DNA of 64,000 nucleotides from Actinomycetota bacterium (lineage in GTDB: Bacteria; Actinomycetota; Actinomycetes; JBDIAW01). The stretch covers positions 1,162 through 65,161 of the forward strand of contig JBDIAW010000007.1 of assembly GCA_039812585.1 (NCBI GenBank), given 5' to 3'. Positions 54,734 to 64,000 of the stretch are shown one piece after another; within the stretch, counting starts at the first letter, position 1; each line of letters begins with the position of its first letter. Position numbers and translations under genes: made by a program. The notes under the pieces were generated by a model. The model saw only the letters and a list, made by a program, of their open reading frames with translations, was not told the origin of the DNA and made no database searches.

Positions 54734-56830
54734 GTGAGTGATCCCACCCCATCCGTGCGGCCAGAGCGCCTGCGCTTGACCCCTCGCCGTGCCGCGTTCA
54801 TTGCCCTGGTGATGCTAGTGGTGGGCTTGGCGGTGGCCGGCTGGGGTAGCTCCGCTCCCACCCGGGACCCGGCCGCGAACCTGCCCTCCGGGTCGGACTC
54901 GGCCCAGGTCGCCACGCTGGCCTCCCAAGCGCCGGCGGGGGGATCGGGCTCCACCACCGCAATCGTGGTCTACTCCACAGCCGTTGCCTGGCAACCGCAC
55001 ACACTGATGCAGGTGCAGCAAAGCCTGCGTCAAGCCGCCGGCCAGCAAGGACTGACTGTGCTGCCCATCGGCGCAGGCCCCACCCCTGAGCTGCAGGCCA
55101 GCAGTGACAACAGCGCCGCGCTGGCCACCGTGGTCCTGCCCCCCACCGACACCGCAGCTCTGGCTACCACGGTCACGACTCTGCGCGAAGATCTGCGCCA
55201 GCACGCCCCGGCTGGAGTCACCGTGCAGGTCACCGGACCTGCCGCAGTGAAGGCGGACCTGGCTAGCGTCTTTGATGGTGCCAATCTCAAACTGTTGGTG
55301 GCGACCGCCCTAGTCGTCACCCTTCTGCTGTTGATCACTTATCGCAGTCCGTGGCTGTGGCTGATTCCCCTCAGCGTGGTCGCCTTGGCCGACCGGGCTG
55401 CAGCGGTCTTGGCTACTCGGGTGCTGGACGGGATCGGGCTGGTCTGGGACGAGTCGACCACCGGCATTTTGTCGGTGCTGGTGTTTGGAGCGGGCACCAA
55501 CTATGCCCTGCTGCTCATCTCCCGCTACCGCGAGCTGCTGCGCCAGCGCGAGAATCGCTACCAAGCCATGGGTGTAGCGCTGCGCCAAACCAGTCATGCC
55601 GTGCTGTTCAGTGCTAGCACCGTCATCGTGGCAGTGCTCATGTTGGCCCTTTCGCAAGTGCCCACCTTGCGGGCTTTAGGAGTGGGCTGCGCGGTGGGGA
55701 TCCTTGTCGCGGTCCTGTTTGCCCTGGTGATGCTGCCGGCGGTGTTGGTGCTGTTCGGTCGGTGGGTGTTTTGGCCGATGGTTCCCCGCATCAGTGCGCA
55801 GCGTAGCAACGCGCCCACGGGAGTGTGGGCGCGGGTCGCTCGCCTGGTCACCCGGCGTCCTGCCCTGGTGGTGGCGGTGAGCCTGGGCGTGTTGCTGGCG
55901 ATGAGCGCGGGAGTATTCTCCGTGCGCAGTGGGCTGGACCCGGCTGATCGGTTCCTGCGCCAACCGGAGTCCATCGCTGCCGCTGAGAGGATTGCCCTCT
56001 CCTTCCCCGGCGGTAACGCCAACCCCCTCACCGTGGCCACCACCGGCCCAGCCTCCCAGGTCGCCCAGCGAGCCGCGAGCGTACCGGGAGTGGCCAGCGC
56101 CACCGACTCCTCATCGATGGCCCCCTTGCCCGACGGGTGGAGCTCCGTACAGGTGATCACTGCGGCTGCCTCCGACAGCGACGCGGCCCTGCAGACCACG
56201 CGAGCGGTGCGCGACGCTTTGCACGCTCAGGCCAGCCAGGCCGGTTTCACCACCTACGTGGGGGGCAGCATGGCGCAAACCCTGGACACCGATCAGGCTT
56301 CCTCTCGGGATCGCAGGCTGCTACTGCCGCTGATTACCCTGGCGGTGTTAGTGCTCATGGTGGTGCTGCTTCGTAGTGTGGTGGCTCCGCTGTTTCTGGT
56401 TGGTGGCGTGCTGCTGACCAACGCAGCCGCCCTGGGCACCTCGTGGTGGGTTTTCACCCACGTCTTGGGCTTTCCTGCCCTGGATGCGCAAACCGCGCTG
56501 CTGGCCTTCCTGTTCATGGTGGCCCTGGGGGTGGACTACACCATCTTCTTGGTCGTGCGCGCCCTGCAAGAGATGCGTAACCACGACTGTCGCCCTGCCA
56601 TGATCCGGGCCTTGGCCGCCACTGGAGCAGTGATCACCAGCGCCGGAGTCCTGCTGGCTGCCGTGTTCGCGGTGTTGGGAGTGCTCCCCCTGGTCGCCTT
56701 GGCCCAAATCGGCGTGGTGATCTGCTTGGGTGTGCTGCTGGACACGTTGATCGTGCGCACCCTGTTGGTGCCCAGCCTGGCTCAGTTGTTGGGTCGCCAC
56801 TTCTGGTGGCCCCGCCCGGTGCGGGGGTAG
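54734..56830 (+). CDS. MMPL-family (RND superfamily) membrane transporter
   Basis: 698 aa with 12 TM helices and two large extracytoplasmic loops. Typical MMPL sequence features. Confidence 0.85.
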   Translation: MSDPTPSVRPERLRLTPRRAAFIALVMLVVGLAVAGWGSSAPTRDPAANLPSGSDSAQVATLASQAPAGGSGSTTAIVVYSTAVAWQPHTLMQVQQSLRQAAGQQGLTVLPIGAGPTPELQASSDNSAALATVVLPPTDTAALATTVTTLREDLRQHAPAGVTVQVTGPAAVKADLASVFDGANLKLLVATALVVTLLLLITYRSPWLWLIPLSVVALADRAAAVLATRVLDGIGLVWDESTTGILSVLVFGAGTNYALLLISRYRELLRQRENRYQAMGVALRQTSHAVLFSASTVIVAVLMLALSQVPTLRALGVGCAVGILVAVLFALVMLPAVLVLFGRWVFWPMVPRISAQRSNAPTGVWARVARLVTRRPALVVAVSLGVLLAMSAGVFSVRSGLDPADRFLRQPESIAAAERIALSFPGGNANPLTVATTGPASQVAQRAASVPGVASATDSSSMAPLPDGWSSVQVITAAASDSDAALQTTRAVRDALHAQASQAGFTTYVGGSMAQTLDTDQASSRDRRLLLPLITLAVLVLMVVLLRSVVAPLFLVGGVLLTNAAALGTSWWVFTHVLGFPALDAQTALLAFLFMVALGVDYTIFLVVRALQEMRNHDCRPAMIRALAATGAVITSAGVLLAAVFAVLGVLPLVALAQIGVVICLGVLLDTLIVRTLLVPSLAQLLGRHFWWPRPVRG

Positions 56831-56847
56831 GCATAGGGTGGCGCCAG

Positions 56848-57534
56848 CTAGACCTCCTCGACGCGTAGCCCCAGATGGTGGGCCAGCAGCCCCGCAAGCT
56901 GCTGGAGTTGCAGGCTGCTGATAGTGGCTCCCCGCAGGTCAGGCAAGCCTTCGATGGTGCTCAGGTGCGCCCCGCGCAGGTCCACGTCGCTGAGGGTGGC
57001 CGCCCGCACGTCGAGGGTGTCCACTTGACAGTCGATCAGGCACAGCCGCCTAACCTGAGCTTGGTTGAGGTCAAGGGTGTCCAGGCGGCAGTGCTCCAAC
57101 AGCAGGTCGGCCACTTGGCTGCCTCGCAGGTTGAGGTAGGTCAGCTTGACGCCGCTGAGGCGCACGCTGCCCCAATCCGACTCGTAGGCGTCCACCGCCC
57201 CCAGCCGCCCGGCGTCCAGGTGCACGTCGCGCCACCGGGTGCTCCAGGCCTGCACCAGGGCCACATCAGGGCGGTGCAGCACCACGTCGCGCAGGCTGGA
57301 CCCCTCCAGCCTCAGGGTGGGAGTGTGCAGGTCGACCAGACGACAACCGTCGAGGGTGGCGTCGGTCAGACGGACCTCAGCGCCCTGCACCCCTAGCAGC
57401 TCCACCGCCTCCAACAATGCCCTCGATCGCAGGTCGTCCAGCTGCCCCGCAACCAGCGGGGGAAGCTCGACCGTCGGGCAATGGGGTGGGGCAGGGTCGG
57501 CAGGGGCTTGATGGCTCATGAGTGCTCCAAGCAT
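56848..57534 (-). CDS. pentapeptide-repeat protein
   Basis: Tandem A(D/N)LxG-type pentapeptides (DLRGAHLSTIEGLPDLRGATIS...). Confidence 0.65.
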   Translation of the reverse strand: MLGALMSHQAPADPAPPHCPTVELPPLVAGQLDDLRSRALLEAVELLGVQGAEVRLTDATLDGCRLVDLHTPTLRLEGSSLRDVVLHRPDVALVQAWSTRWRDVHLDAGRLGAVDAYESDWGSVRLSGVKLTYLNLRGSQVADLLLEHCRLDTLDLNQAQVRRLCLIDCQVDTLDVRAATLSDVDLRGAHLSTIEGLPDLRGATISSLQLQQLAGLLAHHLGLRVEEV

Positions 57535-57620
57535 TGGTCAAGGCAACGACGTAGACCAACGGGGAAATCTACACTGTCACTGTGGTTCCATTGCCGCGCA
57601 TTAAACAGGAAGCGTTTCAT

Positions 57621-58775
57621 ATGCCCACTTTGACACCGAGCAGAATACCGTCACGCCAGCACCGCTCACCCTCCCCTGTGTTCATCATTTGTTTGATGTG
57701 TGTGGTGATTGCCGCTATCGGAGTGACCGCCTTCACGCTTTCCCGGTGTGATAGCGCCTTTGCTGCTGTTCCCTCTAGTCGCTCTGCAGCTGCAACGGAC
57801 CAGATGAATATGAGTTTTTCGGGTAGCCGTTATACCTCTACCTATCATGTATTTGCCTCGGGCGTGGACACCAGCAAATCCGTTGGAATGCTGATTTATG
57901 CCGATGGTAGTGGTGAATACGGGTTAAAGAACCCCACAAGCTCGTATGCTCTAGCCGGTTCTCATGGACTCATCGCGGTTGCTCAGCGCCACAACATGAT
58001 TGTCGTGACCCCCTTTTCACCTAATAAAGATTGTGATGATGGTGACGGATCTTGTTGGTATTACGGTGACTCAGAGGGCTATGCCCAATGGGCGAAAGAG
58101 TTGGTGCTCTCTCTTCAGCACACCTACGCTGTCGATAAGAGCCGTATGGCGATGGGCGGGTACTCCTCTGGTGCCCAACTAGCGACGGAATGGTGGGTTC
58201 CCTCGGGGGCTGCGCAAGCCACGATGACCGATGGCGTGATCGTGGCGATTTCCTATGGTGGTCGTCCGCAGATGAGTGATTCAACCTCGGATGCGTTCAA
58301 GAAAACGGTCCACATGAGTTGGAACGTCGGCTCTGATGACCCCTCCTATACCGGCGATGGTCAGTATGGAGTTCGGGCAGGGTATGACTACTACACCAGC
58401 AAAGGTTTTGATACCTCCCTCACTGTTGTTGACGGGGTTGACCACGATCGTGACGGGCAATTTGGTGCCATCATGGACCGGGAGATTACAGCTCACGTTC
58501 CGCCTGTGGGACATAGCGGCACTTCCTCTGCATCCCCGGCGCCCAGTTCCTCATCACCCACACTGACCCAACCGACCAGCAGTGCTAAGGCCGGCAGTAC
58601 CCCAGCTAGCGGTCCTCCAGCCAAGCTCACCGGCAACGCCAGCACCGACAGCAGCCCAGCCCCGGCGCAGCCACCGCCCTCCCCCAATGTGACTGTCACC
58701 GGGCTAAACCCCTCTCCCAGTGTGGAGGTCACCTCCGCTCAGCATCCTGCTTGGCAATTCTGGCGCTGCCGGTAA
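57621..58775 (+). CDS. secreted alpha/beta-hydrolase esterase (depolymerase/feruloyl-esterase-like) with Ser/Pro-rich C-terminal tail
   Basis: Signal/TM segment. GGYSSGAQLA nucleophile elbow (GxSxG). ~52% GC. ATG at 57621. Confidence 0.65.
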   Translation: MPTLTPSRIPSRQHRSPSPVFIICLMCVVIAAIGVTAFTLSRCDSAFAAVPSSRSAAATDQMNMSFSGSRYTSTYHVFASGVDTSKSVGMLIYADGSGEYGLKNPTSSYALAGSHGLIAVAQRHNMIVVTPFSPNKDCDDGDGSCWYYGDSEGYAQWAKELVLSLQHTYAVDKSRMAMGGYSSGAQLATEWWVPSGAAQATMTDGVIVAISYGGRPQMSDSTSDAFKKTVHMSWNVGSDDPSYTGDGQYGVRAGYDYYTSKGFDTSLTVVDGVDHDRDGQFGAIMDREITAHVPPVGHSGTSSASPAPSSSSPTLTQPTSSAKAGSTPASGPPAKLTGNASTDSSPAPAQPPPSPNVTVTGLNPSPSVEVTSAQHPAWQFWRCR

Positions 58776-58883
58776 AGGCCTGGCGTCAAACGGAGCTGGT
58801 CTTGGCTGGTTCATGCTCTGATCGGCTGGAGCGTGCGGGGATCCCCGCGCTCACCCCGAGCAGCGCGACTAGCCTTACCTGGC

Positions 58884-60614
58884 ATGTCCTCCCCTGCTGA
58901 TGTCCTTGACCCTCTGATTCGTCGCGCGATTGCTGCGGCCTTTGGGCCGCAGTTCTTCGACGAGGACCCGGTGCTGCGGCCCAGCCAGTTCGCTGACGTG
59001 CAGGTCAACGCCGCGTTGGCATTGTCCAAGCGGGTGGGGCAACCTCCCCGCCAGGTGGCTACCCAGATCGTGGAGCACCTCGATCTGGACGCGATCGCCA
59101 GCCAGGTGAACGTCAGCGGCCCCGGCTTCATCAACATCACCCTGCGCGAGAGCTGGATCGCCGAGCAGGTGGAGGCGATGGCTGGCGACTCCCGTTTGGG
59201 AGTGCCCCTGCAGCCCGGTCAACGCATCCCCATCGACTACTCCGCGCCGAATGTGGCCAAGGAGATGCATGTGGGGCACCTGCGCACCACGGTGGTGGGG
59301 GACGCGCTGGCTCGCACCTTGGAGTTTTTAGGCCACCACGTCATTCGGCAGAACCATATTGGGGATTGGGGAACTCCGTTTGGGATGCTTATTGAATACC
59401 TGTTGCGCGTAGGGGAAAACAGCGAGCAGGCGCAGCTGTTGGAAACCGACCCGAATGCGTTTTATCAGGCCGCGCGGGCGGCGTTTGAAGCCGATGATGA
59501 TTTCGCGACCCAAGCACGCGCCCGGGTGGTGGCTCTGCAAGCCGGGGATGAGGAAACTCTGCGGCTGTGGCAAGGGTTGGTGGACCGCTCCAAACAGTAT
59601 TTTAACCGGATTTACTCCCGTCTGGGGGTCACGTTGACCGATGGGGACTTGGCGGGTGAATCCCGTTATAACGATGCCCTGCCCGGTATTTGTCAAGAGT
59701 TGGAATCCGCCGGTATTGCCACGATCAGTGAAGGAGCGCTCTGTGTGTTCCTGGATGGTTTTACCGGTCGGGAGGGTAAACCCGTTCCGTTGATTATCCG
59801 CAAATCCGATGGTGGTTATGGGTATGGCACCACAGATTTAGCCACCGTGAAATACCGCGTGAACACCCTGCATGCCGACCGCCTGCTTTATGTCATCGGC
59901 GCCCCACAGGCGTTGCACCTGGCGATGGTGTGGCAAACCGCCCGCAACGCTGGGTGGTTGCCTGAGTCGATCCCCGCCATCCACGCGCAGATCGGCAACG
60001 TGTTGGGTTCCGATCGGAAGATTCTGCGCACCCGCAGTGGATCTCCTCTGCGTCTCATGGCGTTGTTGGAAGACGCGGTGGCCAGCGCCCGAGCCATGAT
60101 CGACGAAGCTCGGCCTGACTTGGACGAAGCCACGCGCGCCCAGATCGCCCCGGCGGTGGGGATTGGGGCAGTGAAGTATGCGGATCTGTCGGTGGCACAC
60201 GATAGTGAGTACGTCTTCGACTTGGGGCGCATGCTCGCTCTGGTGGGCAATACCGGTCCTTACCTGCAGTACGCAGCGGCGCGGGTGCGCTCCATTTTCC
60301 GTAGCGCCGGGTTGGACCCCGACCAGACGGTCGGAGCGGTGGAAATCGGCACGCCCACCGAACGCGAATTAGCGCTGCAACTGCTGGAGTTTGGCGCCGT
60401 GGTCACCCAGGTTGGTGACCTGTTGGAGCCCCACCGCCTCTGCACGTATTTGTTCAGCCTGGCGCAGGCTTTCTCTGCCTTCTACGAGCAGTGCCCGGTA
60501 CTCAAGGCCGACCCGCAGGTGCGTCAGTCCCGCCTGCATCTGAGCGCCCTGACCCTACGGGTCCTGGTCACCGGCCTGGACCTGCTGGGGTTGGAGTCCC
60601 CCGAACAGATGTAG
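58884..60614 (+). CDS. argS: arginine--tRNA ligase
   Basis: Class I aaRS with HVGH motif (MHVGHLRTTVVGD) and the typical ArgRS C-terminal anticodon-binding domain ending in M. ATG at 58884. Confidence 0.9.
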   Translation: MSSPADVLDPLIRRAIAAAFGPQFFDEDPVLRPSQFADVQVNAALALSKRVGQPPRQVATQIVEHLDLDAIASQVNVSGPGFINITLRESWIAEQVEAMAGDSRLGVPLQPGQRIPIDYSAPNVAKEMHVGHLRTTVVGDALARTLEFLGHHVIRQNHIGDWGTPFGMLIEYLLRVGENSEQAQLLETDPNAFYQAARAAFEADDDFATQARARVVALQAGDEETLRLWQGLVDRSKQYFNRIYSRLGVTLTDGDLAGESRYNDALPGICQELESAGIATISEGALCVFLDGFTGREGKPVPLIIRKSDGGYGYGTTDLATVKYRVNTLHADRLLYVIGAPQALHLAMVWQTARNAGWLPESIPAIHAQIGNVLGSDRKILRTRSGSPLRLMALLEDAVASARAMIDEARPDLDEATRAQIAPAVGIGAVKYADLSVAHDSEYVFDLGRMLALVGNTGPYLQYAAARVRSIFRSAGLDPDQTVGAVEIGTPTERELALQLLEFGAVVTQVGDLLEPHRLCTYLFSLAQAFSAFYEQCPVLKADPQVRQSRLHLSALTLRVLVTGLDLLGLESPEQM

Positions 60615-60706
60615 GCAGCGGAATAACCTCGTTCACCGACCCGTTGAGGCCAACGCGCACCACCCTTGATGTCCGTGGTGATCACCGGGCCCCTTGAGGA
60701 GAATCC

Positions 60707-60919
60707 ATGGAGAGTCGAAGCTTCGCCGTGACCGGGATGAGCTGCGGGCATTGTGAGGCCGCCATCCGCCAGGAGGTTCAGGCCGTGCCAGGGGTCAGTC
60801 AGGTGCAGGTGAGCTCTCAAACCGGGGTGCTGCAGGTGCAGGCCTGCGCCGAGGTGGCGGAGGCGGCGATCCTGGCGGCGGTCCAGGAGGCCGGCTACAC
60901 GGCGGTGCCCACCTCGTGA
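60707..60919 (+). CDS. copZ: heavy-metal-associated domain copper chaperone
   Basis: GMSCGHCEAAI (MxCxxC). Confidence 0.85.
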   Translation: MESRSFAVTGMSCGHCEAAIRQEVQAVPGVSQVQVSSQTGVLQVQACAEVAEAAILAAVQEAGYTAVPTS

Positions 60920-63147
60920 GCCAGCCCTCCGGTCAGACTCGCCCCCTACAGTTGGCGATCTCCGGCATGACCTGCGCCTCCTGCGCGGCGCGCATCGAGC
61001 GCAAGCTTAACCGTCTGGAGGGAGTGCACGCCAGCGTCAACTACGCCACGCATCAAGCCCACGTGCAGGCCGAGGACCAGGTTTCCACGCAAACACTGCT
61101 CGACGCCGTGGCAGCAGCGGGTTACCGTGCGCATCTGCCTGAAGCTGCCTCGGACTCCTCGCAAACCCCCCAGCAGCAACCCGACCCCGAGTTGGCGGCA
61201 CTGCGGCAACGCCTGCTGGTCTGCGCCGCCTTGGCCCTGCCGGTGATCGTGCTGGCGATGGTGCCGGCGTGGCAGTTCACGCACTGGCAGTGGGCCAGCC
61301 TTACCTTGGCCGCCCCCGTGGTGGTCTGGGGGGCGTGGCCGTTTCACCGCGCTGCGTGGATCAACGCCCGGCACGGCAGCTCCACTATGGACACCCTGAT
61401 CAGCGTGGGCACCTTGGCCGCTTTTGGGTGGTCGCTTTACGCGCTGTTCGCTGGCCACGCGGGGATGCCTGGCATGCACCATGAGTTCCGTTTCAGCGCC
61501 GAAGCGGGTCAGGCGGCCAACACTATCTACCTGGAGGTGGCCGCCGGGGTCACCCTGTTCGTCTTGGCTGGGCGTTACGCCGAGAAACGCTGCCAGAGTC
61601 ACGCCGCCTCTGCACTGCACGCCTTGCTGCGCCTGGGAGCCAAACAGGCAGCAGTGTTGCGTGATGGTGTCGAAACCCTCCTACCCATTGAGCAACTGAG
61701 CGTCGGGGAGCAGTTCGTCGTGCGCCCCGGTCAGAGCATTGCCACCGACGGGTTGGTGGTGGAGGGCACCAGCGCGGTGGACAACTCGATGCTCACCGGG
61801 GAGTCGGTGCCCCAGGAGGTGGGGCCAGGCGATGAGGTAACCGGGGCCACGCTGAACACCTCCGGGCGCCTGGTGGTGCAGGCCACCCGCGTGGGCGCCG
61901 ACACCCAGTTAGCGCGGATAGCAGCACAGGTCACCCAGGCCCAGGCAGGCAAAGCGCCCGTGCAACGGCTAGCTGACCGCATCAGTGCAGTGTTCGTGCC
62001 CTCGGTGTTGGTCGTTGCCGGGTTGACGCTGGTGGCCTGGCTGGTCACCGATCACTCCCCCAGCCAGGCTTTCGCGGCTGCCGTGGCCGTGCTGATCATC
62101 GCCTGTCCGTGTGCGTTGGGGCTGGCCACCCCGACCGCGCTGCTGGTGGGCACCGGCAGGGGGGCGCAGCTGGGCATCCTCATCAAAGGTCCGCAGATCT
62201 TGGAATCCACCCGCCGTGTGGACACCATAGTGCTGGACAAAACCGGAACCTTGACCACCGGCCACATGGCACTGCTGCAGGTCATCCCCGCCCCTGGCCA
62301 GGACCCGGAGCTTCTGCTGCGCTGGGCGGGGGCGGTAGAGGACGCCAGCGAGCACCCCATTGCCCAGGCCATCGCCCAGGCTGCGCGAGAGCAACACGCA
62401 CCGCTGCCACCGGTTATCAACTTCCAAGCTCAGCCTGGGTTCGGCGCTCAAGGCAGCGTGGAGGGCCACCATCTCCGCATCGGTCGCCTAGAGCCGGCCA
62501 CTCTGCCCGCGCAGCTTCGGCAGGCGGCCGATCAGGGGCAGAGCCAAGGCCAAACGGTGGTGATGGTGAGTTGGGACGGCCAAGTACGGGGGCTGCTGGC
62601 GGTGGCCGACCAACTCAAACCGACCAGCGCACAGGCGGTGGAGCAGTTGCGCACACTGGGCCTGATCCCTCGACTACTGACCGGGGATCATCCGAGGACG
62701 GCAGCGCACATTGCCAGTCAGGTGGGCATCAACCCCGACCATGTGCTGGCTGAAGTTATGCCGCAGGATAAGGCCCGCCACGTGGAGCAGTGGCAACGCC
62801 AGGGCGCGGTGGTGGCGATGGTGGGTGATGGGGTTAACGACGCAGCCGCGCTGGCGCAGGCAGATTTGGGTTTAGCGATGGGTACCGGCACCGACGCGGC
62901 GATCGAGGCCGCCGACATCACCTTGATGGGGGCGGATCTGCGCAAAGCGGCACAGGCGATCCGCCTGTCACGGCAAACTCTTCGCATCATCAAGTCCAAC
63001 CTGGCCTGGGCGTTCGCCTACAATGTTGCCGCGATCCCTCTGGCCGCAGCGGGCTTGCTCAACCCCATGGTGGCAGGTGCCGCTATGGCAGCCAGTAGCC
63101 TCAGTGTGGTCGCCAACAGCCTGCGGCTGCGCCGCTTCGAGCGGTAG
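60916..63147 (+). CDS. copA: copper-translocating P1B-type ATPase
   Basis: N-terminal GMTCASCAARIE; CPC motif IIACPCALGLATP; DKTGTLT; GDGVNDAAAL. Overlaps the copZ stop. Confidence 0.9.
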   Translation: MSQPSGQTRPLQLAISGMTCASCAARIERKLNRLEGVHASVNYATHQAHVQAEDQVSTQTLLDAVAAAGYRAHLPEAASDSSQTPQQQPDPELAALRQRLLVCAALALPVIVLAMVPAWQFTHWQWASLTLAAPVVVWGAWPFHRAAWINARHGSSTMDTLISVGTLAAFGWSLYALFAGHAGMPGMHHEFRFSAEAGQAANTIYLEVAAGVTLFVLAGRYAEKRCQSHAASALHALLRLGAKQAAVLRDGVETLLPIEQLSVGEQFVVRPGQSIATDGLVVEGTSAVDNSMLTGESVPQEVGPGDEVTGATLNTSGRLVVQATRVGADTQLARIAAQVTQAQAGKAPVQRLADRISAVFVPSVLVVAGLTLVAWLVTDHSPSQAFAAAVAVLIIACPCALGLATPTALLVGTGRGAQLGILIKGPQILESTRRVDTIVLDKTGTLTTGHMALLQVIPAPGQDPELLLRWAGAVEDASEHPIAQAIAQAAREQHAPLPPVINFQAQPGFGAQGSVEGHHLRIGRLEPATLPAQLRQAADQGQSQGQTVVMVSWDGQVRGLLAVADQLKPTSAQAVEQLRTLGLIPRLLTGDHPRTAAHIASQVGINPDHVLAEVMPQDKARHVEQWQRQGAVVAMVGDGVNDAAALAQADLGLAMGTGTDAAIEAADITLMGADLRKAAQAIRLSRQTLRIIKSNLAWAFAYNVAAIPLAAAGLLNPMVAGAAMAASSLSVVANSLRLRRFER

Positions 63148-63197
63148 TGATGAGCCTGATTCGCAGTTCAGGTCTACTCGGTGAGGAGCTCTATTCC

Positions 63198-64000
63198 ATG
63201 TCAGATCATCCAGAGCCGGATCGTCGTCGGCCGCGCAAACGGCTGCTGGCAGTTGTACTCGCCTTAGGGTTGGTGTTAATCACCACTCTGGTGGTGGCGT
63301 TGGTGTGGAGAGGGAACACCACGCGTCATGCCACTGCGGTGGCGAGCACCACCAGCACCGCCTCAGCAGATGTGCAGGTTGCGCTGCCTTCTCACACCCC
63401 GTCGGTGCCAGCCCTGGCCTCCTCCTCCACCATCGGCACCACCACTCCTGCCGGGTCGCCTTCCGGCGCCACCCAGCCCGGTACATCCCCAGCGACGCCT
63501 CAGTGCACCAACAGCGACGGAACGCCTTGCCCCGCCTCGTATTTCACCGGCCCGTTGGGGAAGAACAATGTGGTGCCACGAGGCACCGGCGCCCTGTTGA
63601 TGGATCGCTATGGTGGCCAGGGGACTAGCTGGGCACAAGCCCAACAGGGGTTGCTGGCACGAGAGAAGGCGATGGGGCGCATGTTTGACTCATTCCAGTT
63701 TCAAACAAACGCTGAGGATCCCACCGCCACACGAGGTCAAGAGCAGTGGTTGATTGACCACGGCTACGAGTTTCTGACGATCGCTTGGACTCCCACCTAC
63801 GATATTCCCGCGATTAACCGGGGAGATTACGACGCCTTGTACGTGAAAGCAGCGCAGTATTGGAAGCAGTTCGCCCCCACCCGGATCATGTTGCGCACCT
63901 TGGGCGAATTTAATCTCAAACAAGATCTGGTGGCCAACTCCTGCGGACAGCCTTTTCAACAGGCTTGGCAGCGGATGGTGAACATTTTCGCCCGACATGG
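63198..64000 (+). CDS. membrane-anchored/secreted protein with Thr/Ser/Pro-rich linker and glycosyl-hydrolase-like domain (3' end beyond window)
   Basis: ATG 63198: MSDHPEPDRRRPRKRLLAVVLALGLVLITTLVVALVW..., then a T/S/P-rich linker, then DHGYEFLTIAWTP...RIMLRTLGEFN. Open to the window end, which is why it is missing from the ORF track. Confidence 0.5.
   Translation, partial: MSDHPEPDRRRPRKRLLAVVLALGLVLITTLVVALVWRGNTTRHATAVASTTSTASADVQVALPSHTPSVPALASSSTIGTTTPAGSPSGATQPGTSPATPQCTNSDGTPCPASYFTGPLGKNNVVPRGTGALLMDRYGGQGTSWAQAQQGLLAREKAMGRMFDSFQFQTNAEDPTATRGQEQWLIDHGYEFLTIAWTPTYDIPAINRGDYDALYVKAAQYWKQFAPTRIMLRTLGEFNLKQDLVANSCGQPFQQAWQRMVNIFARH

Noticed and set aside
63690-63998. Minus-strand 102-aa ORF at the window end
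   Set aside because: Antisense to a better-supported secreted-protein ORF with a signal anchor and linker on the plus strand.
1-64000. Search for CRISPR arrays, tRNA/rRNA genes, IS elements or integrase genes bordering the low-GC segments
   Set aside because: No regularly spaced direct repeats, no tRNA cloverleaf candidates, and no transposase or integrase-like ORFs were seen. Islands appear to lack recognisable mobility genes within this window.

Overview
High-GC (~65-70%) actinobacterial chromosomal window with several clearly lower-GC (~43-58%) inserted segments. No rRNA, tRNA, CRISPR array or obvious IS/transposase was found. Core housekeeping genes run from the left: pgi (partial), tkt, ctaB, ctaA, an FMN reductase, a PPOX-like protein, and a metzincin protease. 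Next is a three-gene signalling module: a response-regulator/PP2C phosphatase fusion, a low-GC membrane histidine kinase, and a single-domain response regulator. This is followed by malic enzyme, YqgE, DUF3039, a GCS2-type ligase and a citramalate/isopropylmalate synthase. A ~45% GC treY-treX (trehalose from alpha-glucan) pair follows, with a 484-bp AT-rich spacer between the two genes. A ~12 kb minus-strand operon (22226-34431) encodes a ribitol/glycerol-phosphate glycopolymer (teichoic-acid or capsule-like) pathway. It has a split Bcs1-like CDP-ribitol synthase (IspD/TarI-like plus SDR reductase), a TagF-like polymerase fused to a beta-propeller, a HAD-like multidomain protein, an FkbM methyltransferase, a large LicD-containing protein, a TagD-like cytidylyltransferase, and a duplicated uncharacterised domain. 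Next come a G8/beta-helix surface protein, a disrupted secreted GH140-like gene with two G12 homopolymers and an in-frame TAA, and an EfeU/cupredoxin iron-uptake pair preceded by a near-consensus IdeR/DtxR iron box. A small island (about 41.8-45.7 kb) carries a 729-aa Rad50/RloC-like ABC ATPase with a coiled-coil insert and an unknown C-terminal domain, a tiny ORF, and a frameshifted Fic gene. This is the best candidate for an undescribed defense-type system. A light-regulated carotenoid locus follows: a CarH-like MerR/B12 regulator, TGGACAA direct repeats, an idi-crtE fusion, crtI, crtB, a convergent desaturase, heterodimeric lycopene cyclase and a P450. A CrtR-like MarR and an MMPL transporter are adjacent. 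The window ends with a pentapeptide-repeat protein, a low-GC esterase, argS, copZ-copA and a 3'-truncated secreted protein.
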